DNA from: Bugula neritina
Taxonomy: Eukaryota > Animalia > Bryozoa
DNA: 64,000 nucleotides
Direction: 5' to 3'
Assembly (NCBI GenBank): GCA_964035545.1
Contig: CAXIUT010000289.1
Coordinates: 1-64,000 of the forward strand
Position 1 is the stretch's first letter. Each line of letters starts with the position of its first letter. The notes beneath the pieces are model-generated. The model was given only the letters and a program-made list of their open reading frames with translations. It did not search any database and had not been told where the DNA came from. Shown piece by piece: positions 1 to 11,266 of the stretch. A program made the position numbers and the translations under genes.

Positions 1-92
1 TACAGACCTAAGGGTACAGCTGTATACAGATGGAACACAGACATAAGGGTACAGCTATATACAGATGGAACACAGACCTAAGGGTACAGCTG
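1..92. repeat. 35-bp intronic minisatellite (about 2.6 copies visible)
   Basis: acagacctaagggtacagctgtatacagatggaac repeated. Confidence 0.85.
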
Positions 93-101
93 TTGCTTTA
101 C

Positions 102-3100
102 GGTGTAGGATCTGCTGAATCTCATCCCTCATAGAGAAAGCATCTGCTTGCAGCCCTTCTATAAGTATGTCATTGTCCTCCAACTTAAATGTGACCTCCG
201 TATTACATGACCTTGACATCTTGTAAATCCTGTTCACCTGAAGAAATTCAACTCTAAGTACTAGACCACACCTCTAAGCCTAGGGCCACACTGTGCGTAT
301 TTTCGCATGCGAAAATTGAAACCACAGGTAGCAAAGGTGTCCACTGTAGCGTCAGTGATGCGTGATAAATAAAGCTTTCATTTTTAAATCGCACTCGCTT
401 TTAATAAAACGCAATTTACTGGAATATAGCACTAAAACAAAATTGGGCTCGCTAAATAACTACCAGCCAATTAGGTGACGACGACAGAGACGATTCGCAC
501 TTGCGTTCAGAATGCTGAGCGACAAGTGCGAATGATTTATCAACGCATACAGTGGACACCTTTGCTACTGGTGGTTTTAATTTTCGCATGCGAAAATACG
601 CACAGTGTGGCCCTAGGCTAAGTACTAGACCACACCTCTAACTACTAGACCACACCTCTAAATACTAGACCACACCTTCAAGTGCTAGACCACACAAAGT
701 ACATAATGCTAATTAACTAGTTGCATAGCAAAGTACATAATGCTAATTAACTAGTTATATAGCAAAGTACATAATGCTAATTAACTAGTTGTATAGCAAA
801 GTACATAATGCTAATGAGGTAGTCATATAGCATAAATTCAGTGCTGAATGTCTATTTCTGAAAATCTCTCAATTGAAAAAATGTTTGTAGAAATACATAA
901 ATGCTTCATTTGATAACATAAAAATGCTTGTTTAAAGTGTGAGAAGTACCTCAGCCTGAGTTAGCTCGGACACCAACTCTCTCAAGGGAGACAATTTCGT
1001 ATCACATGTCACAAGACACTGATCTACATCACGGAGGAGTAGTTTAACTGCCTTCTGCACGTCATCATCTTTGAAACCAATCACCTCCACCCTGATTTCT
1101 CCAGTTGGCTCATGACTCGGGATAACAACTTTGGGTAAAACTTTTCTCGGCTGTTGAAGGATTGCAGACGGCTGGGGTTGGTAACGAGCCAGCTCTTTCA
1201 AGAATGCCTGGCATTTCATGTAGAATACATCAAATTCTTAGTAACTATTGTGCGTGTTGAGAAATATTGAAAGATTTTATTTTTATTTTAACTGGTGCCC
1301 AGCTCGAGGAATTTGATCCCCCAATTTGCAAGAAGACAAAGGTTCATTTAACCTTATAGCACCTACAGGCAACAGTGCTGTGGAAACTTAAGCGCACACA
1401 CTTTAGTTCATGATTTAAAAAAAATAAGTGTTCAGTAATAAGAGACCTTTAAAAGAAAAACTAAGCCACACTGCTTAGCTTGCTTTGACTTGGCATGTTG
1501 ACCTGCAGATAAGACTGGGAATGGCAACAAACTCCTATCAATATCAAATTATCAACATAATAAGTTCAAGAGCTGAGACCGCGTACTCATGCACTTAAGT
1601 ACCAACGTTACAGACACAGCTATACGAGTCAAGGAGTACCTGGTAAACAGCGCCATCTGTAGGATGAATAACAAACTTCACTCGCTTATCAGTGCTGAAT
1701 CTGTGATACGTGTTTAGGCAGGTCAGGACAGTTTCAATCATGGTAGATGCCACTAAATCTGGTGGGTACTTCAAGTTTCCTGTCCCAATGGCTGGATAGC
1801 TGACCACCTCGGAGTCTTTTAGACAGAAGTAAGATTTCTCAACAAGATCTCTCAAAACTGAAGCCTGAAACACCATTAAATCATTGCATTTCCATGACTG
1901 CGTATTATGCGAATGAATGCCTTTACCGTTCAATTGTGGGTTGTGGTTTGCATCAACTTATAGTTGTGATTTCATTCAATGTAACTATTTCCATTAGCCA
2001 AATGAAAAAATATATTCGCATAATGCGATAATGGAAACGCAGTGCATGATAGTGATTGTGAAGAGAGTTAAACTACGGAGGTAATGCAAAAGCCAAAGGA
2101 GATACGACTAATAACATTCTGATTAAACCATTCTAGCATTGAGGAATAATTCAAGAAATCATTTATGCAAAGAATACAATTGTCTAAAGGTCTATGTTAT
2201 CAACACTTTTTTTACAAGCAATTACCCTTTCATTTAGAGTAGACATATTCCATTCTGGGGTGTTATCAGAGTGATAAATGGACAGATTAGAACCAGACTT
2301 GGTTTGAACACACTGATGGCCACTCACGATTGTAGCTCCACATGCTGTTTCCAGTGCAGCTTTGATGGCGCCCTGACTACTAACAACTGCACCAGTCTAC
2401 AAAATGAGCTTTAATGTCTATTAATTAAGAAACTATAGATAGAAGATAGAATATACTGTTATAGACTCCATGAAATAAAAGGTAGAGAAGAGTAGTATGT
2501 AATACTATGAGCTAAAATGCCGAGTACAGTAATTCAACAACATAAATAAAAACAAGTAATATTTCAAAATAGGCAGATAACATCTAGTACTTGTGATTGG
2601 TAGAGATAGACAACATAAGGCTAGACTGTTGACAGTGAAACATGTCACACCTGAACACTGGAAATATCCCCTTTAACAACTTCTACCATAGCAAGAATCT
2701 CAGGTGCAATTGTTTCAGGTGTAACGGGGCGTGTGTTTAGCACAACTTTAGCTGGCGAAATATCAGTATTCCCTGTATCTTGAACAAAGATGGAGGCAGC
2801 TCCCACAATAGCTGAGACAGCAACAGCACCAGATATAGCGCTTGCTGATTTTGTAAGTGAATCTTTATTGAAAAAACTTCTGAAAACTGAAAAGAGTGAT
2901 GCAATTTTTGAGGGCATGCAAGAGGTGCTTGTTTTACCATCTGTTGATAAAGTGCCAGTAGTAGCTGGTTTTGAAAGTTGCTGGGTAACCTTTGGAAACC
3001 TTTCTAACTTTGAACGGCGCCTACTTGAATGAGAGAAGCTAGAAAAAACAGGACTACCCTTAGATACCTGCAACAATACATTGAACAGATGTTCAATTTC

Positions 3101-5327
3101 GAGTAATCTATCTTTGCCAGTTTGAGACTTGAGCCAATGAGCGATACCAGGCTTTGAGCAAGCAATAGTTGCAGTAACTTTGTTCAATAGAAAATTGCTA
3201 AACTTATCAGCAAATTCTTCTAGAGACTCCACGGAATCGGATTCTATTTTCAGTTTCTCGGAGGTGATAAGATCAGCAAAATCAACTTTGACTCCATTAA
3301 CAGAGCATATTTCTGTAACAAGATCTTGACTTTTCAAAACAAGTGAAGCCAAACTACCAGGAATTTCAAGGCTCTTTTTAACCGGGAGAAAAGAAGCAAA
3401 ACATTCACTCAAGACTTTGTCCGCAGAAGACAAACCTTTAGTTGAACGAATAGCAAACTTGATCTTTTTCTCAGATTCATCAAAATGAGTGACTAAAGTT
3501 TTACACTGATACTCAACAGCCAGACTACGAAACCTGTCTTGCCACACATACTCCGATGCAAGGAAATGTTTTTCGGTTAGAGACAATGATCGACCTTGTG
3601 GGTAATCACCTTCAGTTATCAAACCAAGTATTACATTTGAAGCCTTTTTAGCAGTTTGCAAGCGGTTGCTGCACACAGAGAGTGAATTAGCACTTACATG
3701 CCAACCGGCAAACAAGTTATACTGCTTAAATTCGTGAATAATTTCTGGTGCTTCAATACTTTTCATCACAACATAGCAAACATTTGTCAAAGGCACTGTC
3801 TGAACCACAAAGGCACTGATGAGCTTTGTTAGACTCTCAACCACCTTAAGAACATTTTCTCTGTGACCTTGCACTTGTAAACATGATTCACTAAAAAAGA
3901 CTTTAATAGTTACATTACAATCAGTTTCATAAGCTTTGACTGCATGCTTTTGACTGTAGATATATCTCAGCTGTTCCATGCTGAACTGTCTTTTTTCTCG
4001 GTGAAACACAAATGGGTCAAGACGAGAGAGGTCGAGATTCAATCTTTCTAACTGACTTGGATAAATCCACCCAAAATTTTTAGGGTTGCTGGGCCGAGTT
4101 TTGATATTTTTTTCTGATGTTTTATGACTAGAGGTATGGTTTTCTGAGCTACCCATTTGTTGCAAAGAATGGGAAAGCTCATTATTGCTTTCATTTGGCA
4201 AACAGCTTGAGTTTAAATGTTTCATATGTTCTCCCAAATTAGACTGCTTCAAGCTTGAATTTGAAAAAATTAAGGTTTTGTTCAGCATAACATCCTCCTC
4301 CTCATCAAAATCAGAAGCTGCATCTCGTAGTTCTTTGTCATTTGTGTTAGCGCTTTTCTTTCCATGGTGACTAGTTAAGTTCCTTGATCTGCCATAAATA
4401 CTAGAAAATTTAGTATGTTTTGTTTTCCGGACTCGAACTAGGTTTGTATTTTTTACGCAAACTTTAGAAGGGTTATGAGCACGAGAGCCTTTAGTTGAAA
4501 GTCTCCTACGACTTGGAATATGGTTAACTTTATCATCTGCTAAATTCAGGTCTTGGTGGTGACCACCAGCGAATTCACCTTGAGATTCCCCAGAGTTCTC
4601 TTGGTCATCATGACAAAATGTAGATAGATGCCTGACAGAGTCATCTGAAAGTCTAGGAGAGTGAGTTAAATGGCGTTCCAAATTTGTGTCATCTAAATCA
4701 TCAATTGGCAAATTTGGTGAGGGTAATGTTGGTGGGTTCTGTTGAAAAGATTTGGCGCTTTTTGAAGTTTTCGTTTTAAATGCAACTTGTATTTGGCACC
4801 CGTGTACTAATGTTCCATCAAAGATTTCAATGCCCTACAATGAATATGTAAGTTTAGGTAAGCCTTTTAATGTTTCTACAATGAATAAACACTGAAACTA
4901 AAACAAGAATGCTACAGGTTAATATAAACAACACTACAAACCTTCTCGGCGTGTTCTTGACTACAGCAAAACACAAGAGCAGCGGTAGCATTTAGTCTGC
5001 GTATATTTTCTACGCAAATTTCTCTTTCAAGTATTTCTTTCAGTTCATTATCTTTAAGGCCTTGTTTTATTCCACTTATGTATAAACTCTTCAAATACAA
5101 AAGCATCAGTATAAAGTACAATTTTACAACTACTAATATCCTATTAACTATGAAGCATGGAAATAGCAAAAAATGCACAATAAAGAAAAGCAATTATAAT
5201 ACTATAAAATTTAGGGGTGTCAGGCTACACAGTTGAACTTACTTATATCCATTCCAACATTAGGCAATTAAAAATGTTTATCATTAGCACATAGCCTAAC
5301 AGAACTTACATGCTTGTCTTCTGCCAT
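102..5327 (-). CDS. PARP14-like RRM/KH/macrodomain protein, multi-exon; 3' end (expected WWE and ART domains) lies beyond the left edge
   Basis: Exons: 5310-5327 (MAEDKH, in-frame stops upstream), 4942-5088 (RRM-like SLYISGI...), 2651-4834, 2226-2396, 1640-1864, about 950-1237, 102-237. All but one junction are phase-compatible GT-AG. Macrodomain motifs VEVVKGDI and VSYPAIGTGNLKYP are present, followed by KH-like segments (VEVIGFKDDDVQKAV, ILIEGLQADAF) in PARP14 order. Confidence 0.8.
278..618. mobile_element. PIF/Harbinger-type (Tourist-like) MITE
   Basis: TIRs of about 70 bp (gcctagggccacactgtgcgtattttcgcatgcgaaaa... and its reverse complement). TAA TSD at 275-277 and 619-621. Removing the element restores the flanking 20-bp repeat unit ctctaagtactagaccacac. 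Confidence 0.9.
695..830. repeat. 34-bp tandem repeat, 4 copies
   Basis: caaagtacataatgctaattaactagttgcatag units. Confidence 0.9.
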
Positions 5328-6428
5328 ACTAGCAGATATTGAAATTCATCAAAGTACTGGCTGATCCACCTACAAAATATTTTTTGTAAAATGTAAACTT
5401 GTTATTTAAAAAAAACAGTATACTTCATTATAATAGGCACGCTAGATTGATAACCTGCTACAGCGTACAAAATAGCTGGTATGTCTTAGGTACCAACAAA
5501 TCAACACCAGAGCAGTCAATATAACCGACTGATCATTATAAAAGGACAACAGCCATCAGTGTTTACTAAGTGCGCAATAAATGCATAAGTTATTTATTGA
5601 TATACACTTACAGTAGATCTGGTAGGCTCGGTTAGGTTGATACAGCATAGTCATATATTTAATATAACTTACATATATTAGATTATTTTTGTTGAAGTGT
5701 AGAAAAACATAAAAACTAACAACTTTATGTTTGGTTTTAATTAGCATTCGATTGTAAAAAGTAGATATGATATATTAAGTTTTACTTCCATTTTTTTGGA
5801 CCAAGTGTAAGCATTATGATTATTATTTATCATTATTAACATCGTCATTCACTCATTGTAATACTAATAGTAATCCTTATACTTATAGACTATCACTATA
5901 GTTATACTAACGTCTAATGTTATACAGTACGAGTATGAGTACAAGTTGAAGTATTAGTAATACTAATACTAATACTTAATCTGAATCTAATGGCTATAGC
6001 AATACTCACTAATACCTCATACTTCTTACTGATATTGGGGTACGTGTTTCAGTATTACACTCACAGTCCCACTGACACTCGCTTACACTGTGACTGTCAC
6101 CGTGACACTCAGGCTCAGCACTGACAGTGACTCAGACTGAGTCAGCGTGATAATCAATTTCATAATATTGTAATAGTGATTCACTTATAAATTCCAAAAC
6201 TAAATGAAAAAGCTCTAATATACTACTACTACTACTGCCTGAAGACTTTGAAAAGTTATTGCTGATTGAAACTCCTCCAAGTTTTAACAGAAAACGTAAC
6301 GCTTGGCACCTAAAGCACTCCTTTCTGCGAAACTACTTTTATCCTTGCAGAACAATATCAGAAAGTAATAATTACTGTTGATCTTTGAAGCTCTCTCGTA
6401 GAAAATGTCATTTTGAAACCTAGGCTAA

Positions 6429-6439
6429 GGGGAGTCCCC
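6429..6439. promoter_or_regulatory. Candidate NF-kB (kB) site upstream of the PARP14-like gene
   Basis: GGGGAGTCCCC, a near-palindromic 11-bp kB-type site in otherwise AT-rich DNA about 1.1 kb upstream of the ATG. Confidence 0.45.
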
Positions 6440-6567
6440 GTCAAAAATATCTTTCGGCATGGTGGAGATAATTCTCTATACGACATTAGGGTTCGAAGTT
6501 ATTATTATATTATACATATACAAAGTATAATGTTGAATTTACATCACACCATGTCATGAATGCTTTC

Positions 6568-6733
6568 CTAGTAAACACGAGGTTGTGGGTTCGAGCCTGG
6601 ACATAGGCCATTGGTGATGTTAGGAAGAGCATCCAGTCATAATTGCTCCTGTGCCTCATTTAAATAAGTCCTTAGCCTGCTTTAATCACATTTTAGTCAC
6701 ACCCGGATAGCGACTATAAACTTGCGTGAGTGC
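6568..6733 (+). mobile_element. 5'-truncated tRNA-derived SINE with 15-bp TSD
   Basis: B-box GGTTCGAGCC. Body ggtgatgttaggaagagcatccagtcataattgctcctgtg is shared with the copy at about 26 kb. TSD gtcatgaatgctttc at 6553-6567 and 6734-6748. Confidence 0.85.
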
Positions 6734-7123
6734 GTCATGAATGCTTTCAGTATAGGAAATTAAAAGTAACAGCGATTGGATGGAAAAATTATCATGCTCA
6801 GTAAACTTGCTTAATTGGATATTGTAGTAACTTTGTGGGTTGAATGAAACTTAAGTGCTGAACATATCTCTTTGTAAGAAAGAACAATATGGATGATATT
6901 CTTCAGTAGTAGCAATCTTTATTGTAGCGTAATAGAGTGGTCTTCAACAGGCGAGCTCCAGTGGTAGACTGAACTACGCTAGAAACTCGCCTGCTTTTAT
7001 ACACAAGAATTCACACTCTAGAATGTTCCAACAGACAAAAGAAAGTTAAGCTTGACAGAAACAAAAGAAAAGTAGACAAAGAAGAATGAATAATTCAATA
7101 AGCCAAGAGTTTAGCTATAATAA

Positions 7124-7472
7124 TGTAGTAATTCGTGCAATTACTGTGCGTGAGTTTTCTACTTGCGTATTTAGTTGGCTATTCTACTAGCAATTACTAG
7201 GGTAGCTGTCGAGTAATTACGTTTATTATCCACGATACAATACAAAACAAACATTACATCAAATTACACTATAACATCAGTCACTACTAACACATGTTTC
7301 TACTTCAAGCCCTAGCTTACAACAACGTGATCATTGTCAATTGCCCGGGAATTGTCACATGAGTCGGAAGCATATCTTCCGGTGCTGCTGATTGGTTACT
7401 ACATAGGGCCTCAGAATTCCCAGAACGGAGAGAGGACGATTCTTATATTAGTACATTGCATGACTCACTAAA
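7124..7472 (-). repeat. 3' LTR of Gypsy element 1
   Basis: Direct repeat of 12198-12549; purine tract GGGGGAGGGGGGG on the minus strand (7473-7485) abuts it. Confidence 0.92.
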
Positions 7473-7860
7473 CCCCCCCTCCCCCAGCAGAAAGTCCTAC
7501 TTTCTGATAACACAAAAAAAACCACATACAAAGAAAAACAATACAATAATCCAAAAAAAGAATACATAATCAAACCCACAAAAAGGAAAAAGAGAAATAG
7601 TTGAGTACACAAGCATTTATAGAAGTAAACAGGGTGGTCGAACACACACAGCTAGTCAGCTATAGAGAGAGAGGGTGCTTACCAGCACGCGGGCCAATGT
7701 CGGGGAGCTCGTCACTTCACAGACGAGGATACATTCCACCGAAAGGTGCCTACTCCAGGCATACTCATTGGGTGGGCTCTGACTCTTGTAGTGAGCGTGA
7801 ACTGTGTCGAGCCTGTCGGGCACGTAGCCTCCGCTTCAGTCGCCCCACTGAGTCCTTCAG

Positions 7861-8822
7861 CTAGTATAGGCCTGTCGTCGTATCCAGCAGGTCAGGGGCA
7901 AGTTGTGTAAACTCGGCTTGTAGTTTTACAAGCCGCTCTTCTACACTAGCCAATCGGCTAGGTCCTAGTGAGGTTGTAGCAGTCTCTGATATTGGGGGTA
8001 TCGTCGTTCCTTCTGATTTGGGGGTGTTGCTAGGGTTGACGGGGGCAGTGGACGGGGCCTGAACCATAGGAGACTTATGGCGGGCGAATAACAGTAGTAC
8101 TTGGAACCCTGACGCTAGTGCGGCCAGGGTGATAGTGTTCTTGATGACCGGCTTGATGGTGTCTAGGTACTGGGAGAAACTGTCCTCATCTATGATATGG
8201 CCTTCTCCGGCGAAGCAGCTCAATTTATGGACGATCACAGGGTACGGGTATACATCGTGGAACCCGCATGGGCAGAAATGTAGTAGAAAGTGTGCGTCTA
8301 CATGCAGACGCAAGGAGCGGTGTGACGGGCACTCCTTGAAACAGACCTGGCGGGCCCGGTGGGGTCCGCTTGGTCTCCAGGCTTCCTCAATCCTCCTTTC
8401 CGTCGTGGGTGACACCCATCGGTGTCGTCGACGAAGCACCACGGGTAGGCCATTTTCCATCACAGGTTCTTCCTCCATAGGTATAGGGGTTGGCTGGTCC
8501 TGTGACCGGGAGGTGGTCACTCGAGTGTGATCTGAAAGAGTAGCAGTGTTAAAAATTATACACTGAGGTACCGCCGGCGTGTACAGCCTGACAGGTACTC
8601 TGTTCAGTTACACTCGTGAGATTCAGGCTAATGAATAGTTGATCGAGAACACACTCGCTATGGCAGATTATTTAAAATCAAAATCGACGTGTGTTCCCAC
8701 CACTGTGTTTCATTATCGAATCTCCAGCTCGCTAACTGGTGTAGCTAGAGCTGACTGATGTAGTCTAGTTCTCGTACCAAAAACATAATTAACTCACCCT
8801 TCGATTCAGAATAGTAAGACAT
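7861..8822 (-). CDS. Spliced accessory ORF of the Gypsy element: zinc-finger and coiled-coil protein
   Basis: Exon 1 8798-8822 (AAAATG; MSYYSESK+G), donor G|GTGAGT, intron 8532-8797, acceptor ctctttcag|AT in matching phase 1, exon 2 8531-7861. Motifs RxxC-x12-H-x3-H and CxC-x12-H-x3-C. The frame stays open past the TAG to 7765. Confidence 0.65.
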
Positions 8823-8845
8823 TTTGGAATGAGAGCGGTAAATGA

Positions 8846-9780
8846 TTAATGTTTAGTGGCACGTCTACTCTTGACTGCATCAACGTAGGAAAAGACCGGG
8901 CAGCGTGGTTGTGAAGCGTGACTAGGGCTTTTTACTTCTAGCGGATGAATCTCGTGTGTGATTCCGCCGAGGCAAAAGTTGAGATTTTCGTGGTGTTCAC
9001 AACTCCTACGTCTCTTTGCCTGTTTTCCCATGCGAGACCTCGCTAAACCTTCATAACTGCTGCTTGTAACGCGGTCACGTACGAAGTCTCCGAGATACGC
9101 TGGGGGTTGCCTAGTGTGTGGTCCTGGAGGCGTCGTCACTGTGGGAGGCGGTGTGCTCACCCGTGGATTTTTATGTCTCACGGGTGGTTTTTCCAGCCTG
9201 TTTGTGACGGTTTTTCCTACGTTGGTATTCCGTATGGAGCCCCTCCCACGAGGGGGTTTTTGCACTTCCGGACCCGTTTCCGGTTCCGGAAGTGGTGGTG
9301 GTGGCAGGCTTGACGTTGGGGGCGGTGGGCGCACTTCCAAGGACGGAAGTGGCCTTTCTTGCTTCGCCAAGTCTTCCTGAGGAGTCATGGGGGTGTTTCC
9401 GGCCAGGACGACAGTCTCCGCTTGCCAAGACCTTCTCGCACAATGCGTCTGCTGCCCCGCTTCACCAGGGAGACGGCTATGCTTGTTGGTCTGGCAGACT
9501 TCGCACCGTCTCACTCTGCGCCGGATGTCCCGCTGCATCTTGGGCCAGTACCACCGGAGTTGTAGCTTGGTGACCACCCCCTGGACTCCTTCGTGAGTCT
9601 GCTCGTGGGTGTCCCGTATCAACTCCCGGTGGATGGCAGCTGGGCAGACAATCCTCTTCCTGGCTGGTTGTCTGCTGTTGGCGGCCAAAGTCATGGTCAG
9701 CAGACCATCTGGCCCGACCCGCAGGGAGTTCCAACGTTGACAGTACAGCCGTAACTCGGAACATTCCTGTCACCGTTGTC
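8846..9780 (-). pseudogene. Integrase remnant: H2C2 zinc-binding domain joined to the C-terminal tail, DDE core deleted
   Basis: HEQTH...WYWPKMQRDI...CEVCQ aligns by eye with the integrase at 14055-15425, then jumps to PPAYLGDF (PPRYLADY in element 2). Confidence 0.8.
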
Positions 9781-9937
9781 TACCACTGGGTCGTCGCCCT
9801 TTCTGTTTCGCTCGGTACACGTCGACTACCACCCCAGGAAGGCTTTCCTGGAGTTTCGGCAGCTCCCTAACATTACCAGCCCATACAGGTTTGGCGCGGA
9901 GGCTCTGGACGGCCTCCGGGGGCATGTCAGCCCTCTG

Positions 9938-11266
9938 TTAGAGTTGGCCCGGGTTCCGTGTTGGCAACGGGGACCGCGGGGGAACTCTGCTCTTCTTCTT
10001 CGGGCCCAACCTCTTCGTGAGCTGCCGAGTAGGGGCGATCTCCGCCGCCCGTGGTACTTCACGACGGCCCGCTCTATTTAGGCGAGCGTCATGGTCTGTG
10101 TGGCGGAGCGCCTCACTGTACCTGTGTGGCAACATAGCCATAGCATGGCGCTTTCCGTTGCCTGTGTAGCCACGCGTCCCTGAAGGATGGGAGGCGTGGG
10201 TTGGGACGGTCCTCCGCCCTTGAGACGGGCTCTGTTGAGGACCTTCTGTCGTAGCTCCCAACGACGGCCCAATGGTTTCCTCCTGGACAGGATGGAAGCG
10301 TCCCAGCATGGACCTGGGTGGTAGGTTTACCGTCTGTGAGGAGGGGTTGACGCACTGCACTGAGATCTCTCCTTGTCGCGTAAGCCGGCTAAAGCTATGG
10401 GCAAGTTGGATTCTTGAGTGCGTACTTTTGACAACTCCCAACCTAGAGGTCTGGCCACCGTCTACTTTGCAGCGGACGGTAACCCGGGAGTGGCCTGGTA
10501 TCGTACAGCTCCGTACTACCTGCACTCCTCCCGCTAGAGGACGACCAAACTTATCGACACAGGCGAGCTCTCTGTCGCCCATGATCATCGCAGATTTACT
10601 GAAATCGATGCGACATCCGTGTCGTTGTAAGAATGGCATCCTGAGGATAGCATCCTCGTTGAGCTGTTCGACGATAAACGTCTCCCGGATGGCCCGGTTA
10701 CGGATGTAACCAGTCAGCTCAATAATGCCGTAGAAGGAAATGCACGACCCGTCTGCCAGGGTGCCACGATCCTCCTCATACGGTGCCAGACAGTCCCTGA
10801 CCTTAGCGCTGAGAGTGTCAAAGAACTGACGGCTAAGGAGGTTGGTGGTGCAGCCCGAGTCCAGAAGGAAGTTGGCAGGCTTGCCAGTTTGCTTTCCTGG
10901 CAGGAAGTAGCTACTTCCGTGTGGCTGCATCTGTGTGTGCCGTGGTTGCACCTCCCTCGCTGTGGGTCGAGGGGTCCACGGTTGGCGACGACTATTGACC
11001 AGCTGCCGAGGTTGGGGCGGTACGCCTTGCGGCGCCTGTACCGTTTCCCTCGCAGGCTCTGAGGTCAACCGTCCGTCGGATCCGTGTTGGAGTGGCATAG
11101 AGGACCCAGGTGGCGAGTGGCTTGAACAGCCTACTTGCCGTGGGGGTCGCCACTTCACAGCATCTCCGCGTGGCGCCCAGCGGGGCGGCAGACGTGTTGT
11201 CCTCCCTGGGTGATTTACCGGCGGCCCGCAGGAGGTGGGAACATCTGCGGGCCGTGGTAGTTTAAC
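9938..11266 (-). pseudogene. pol: Pol N-terminus in the -1 frame: retropepsin protease; RT missing
   Basis: Active-site FLLDSGCT and DAILRMPFL (ILG-like). The sequence degenerates where RT should begin. Confidence 0.8.

Noticed and set aside
7861-8520. env gene
   Set aside because: No signal peptide or TM helix; the motifs indicate an intracellular zinc-binding protein.
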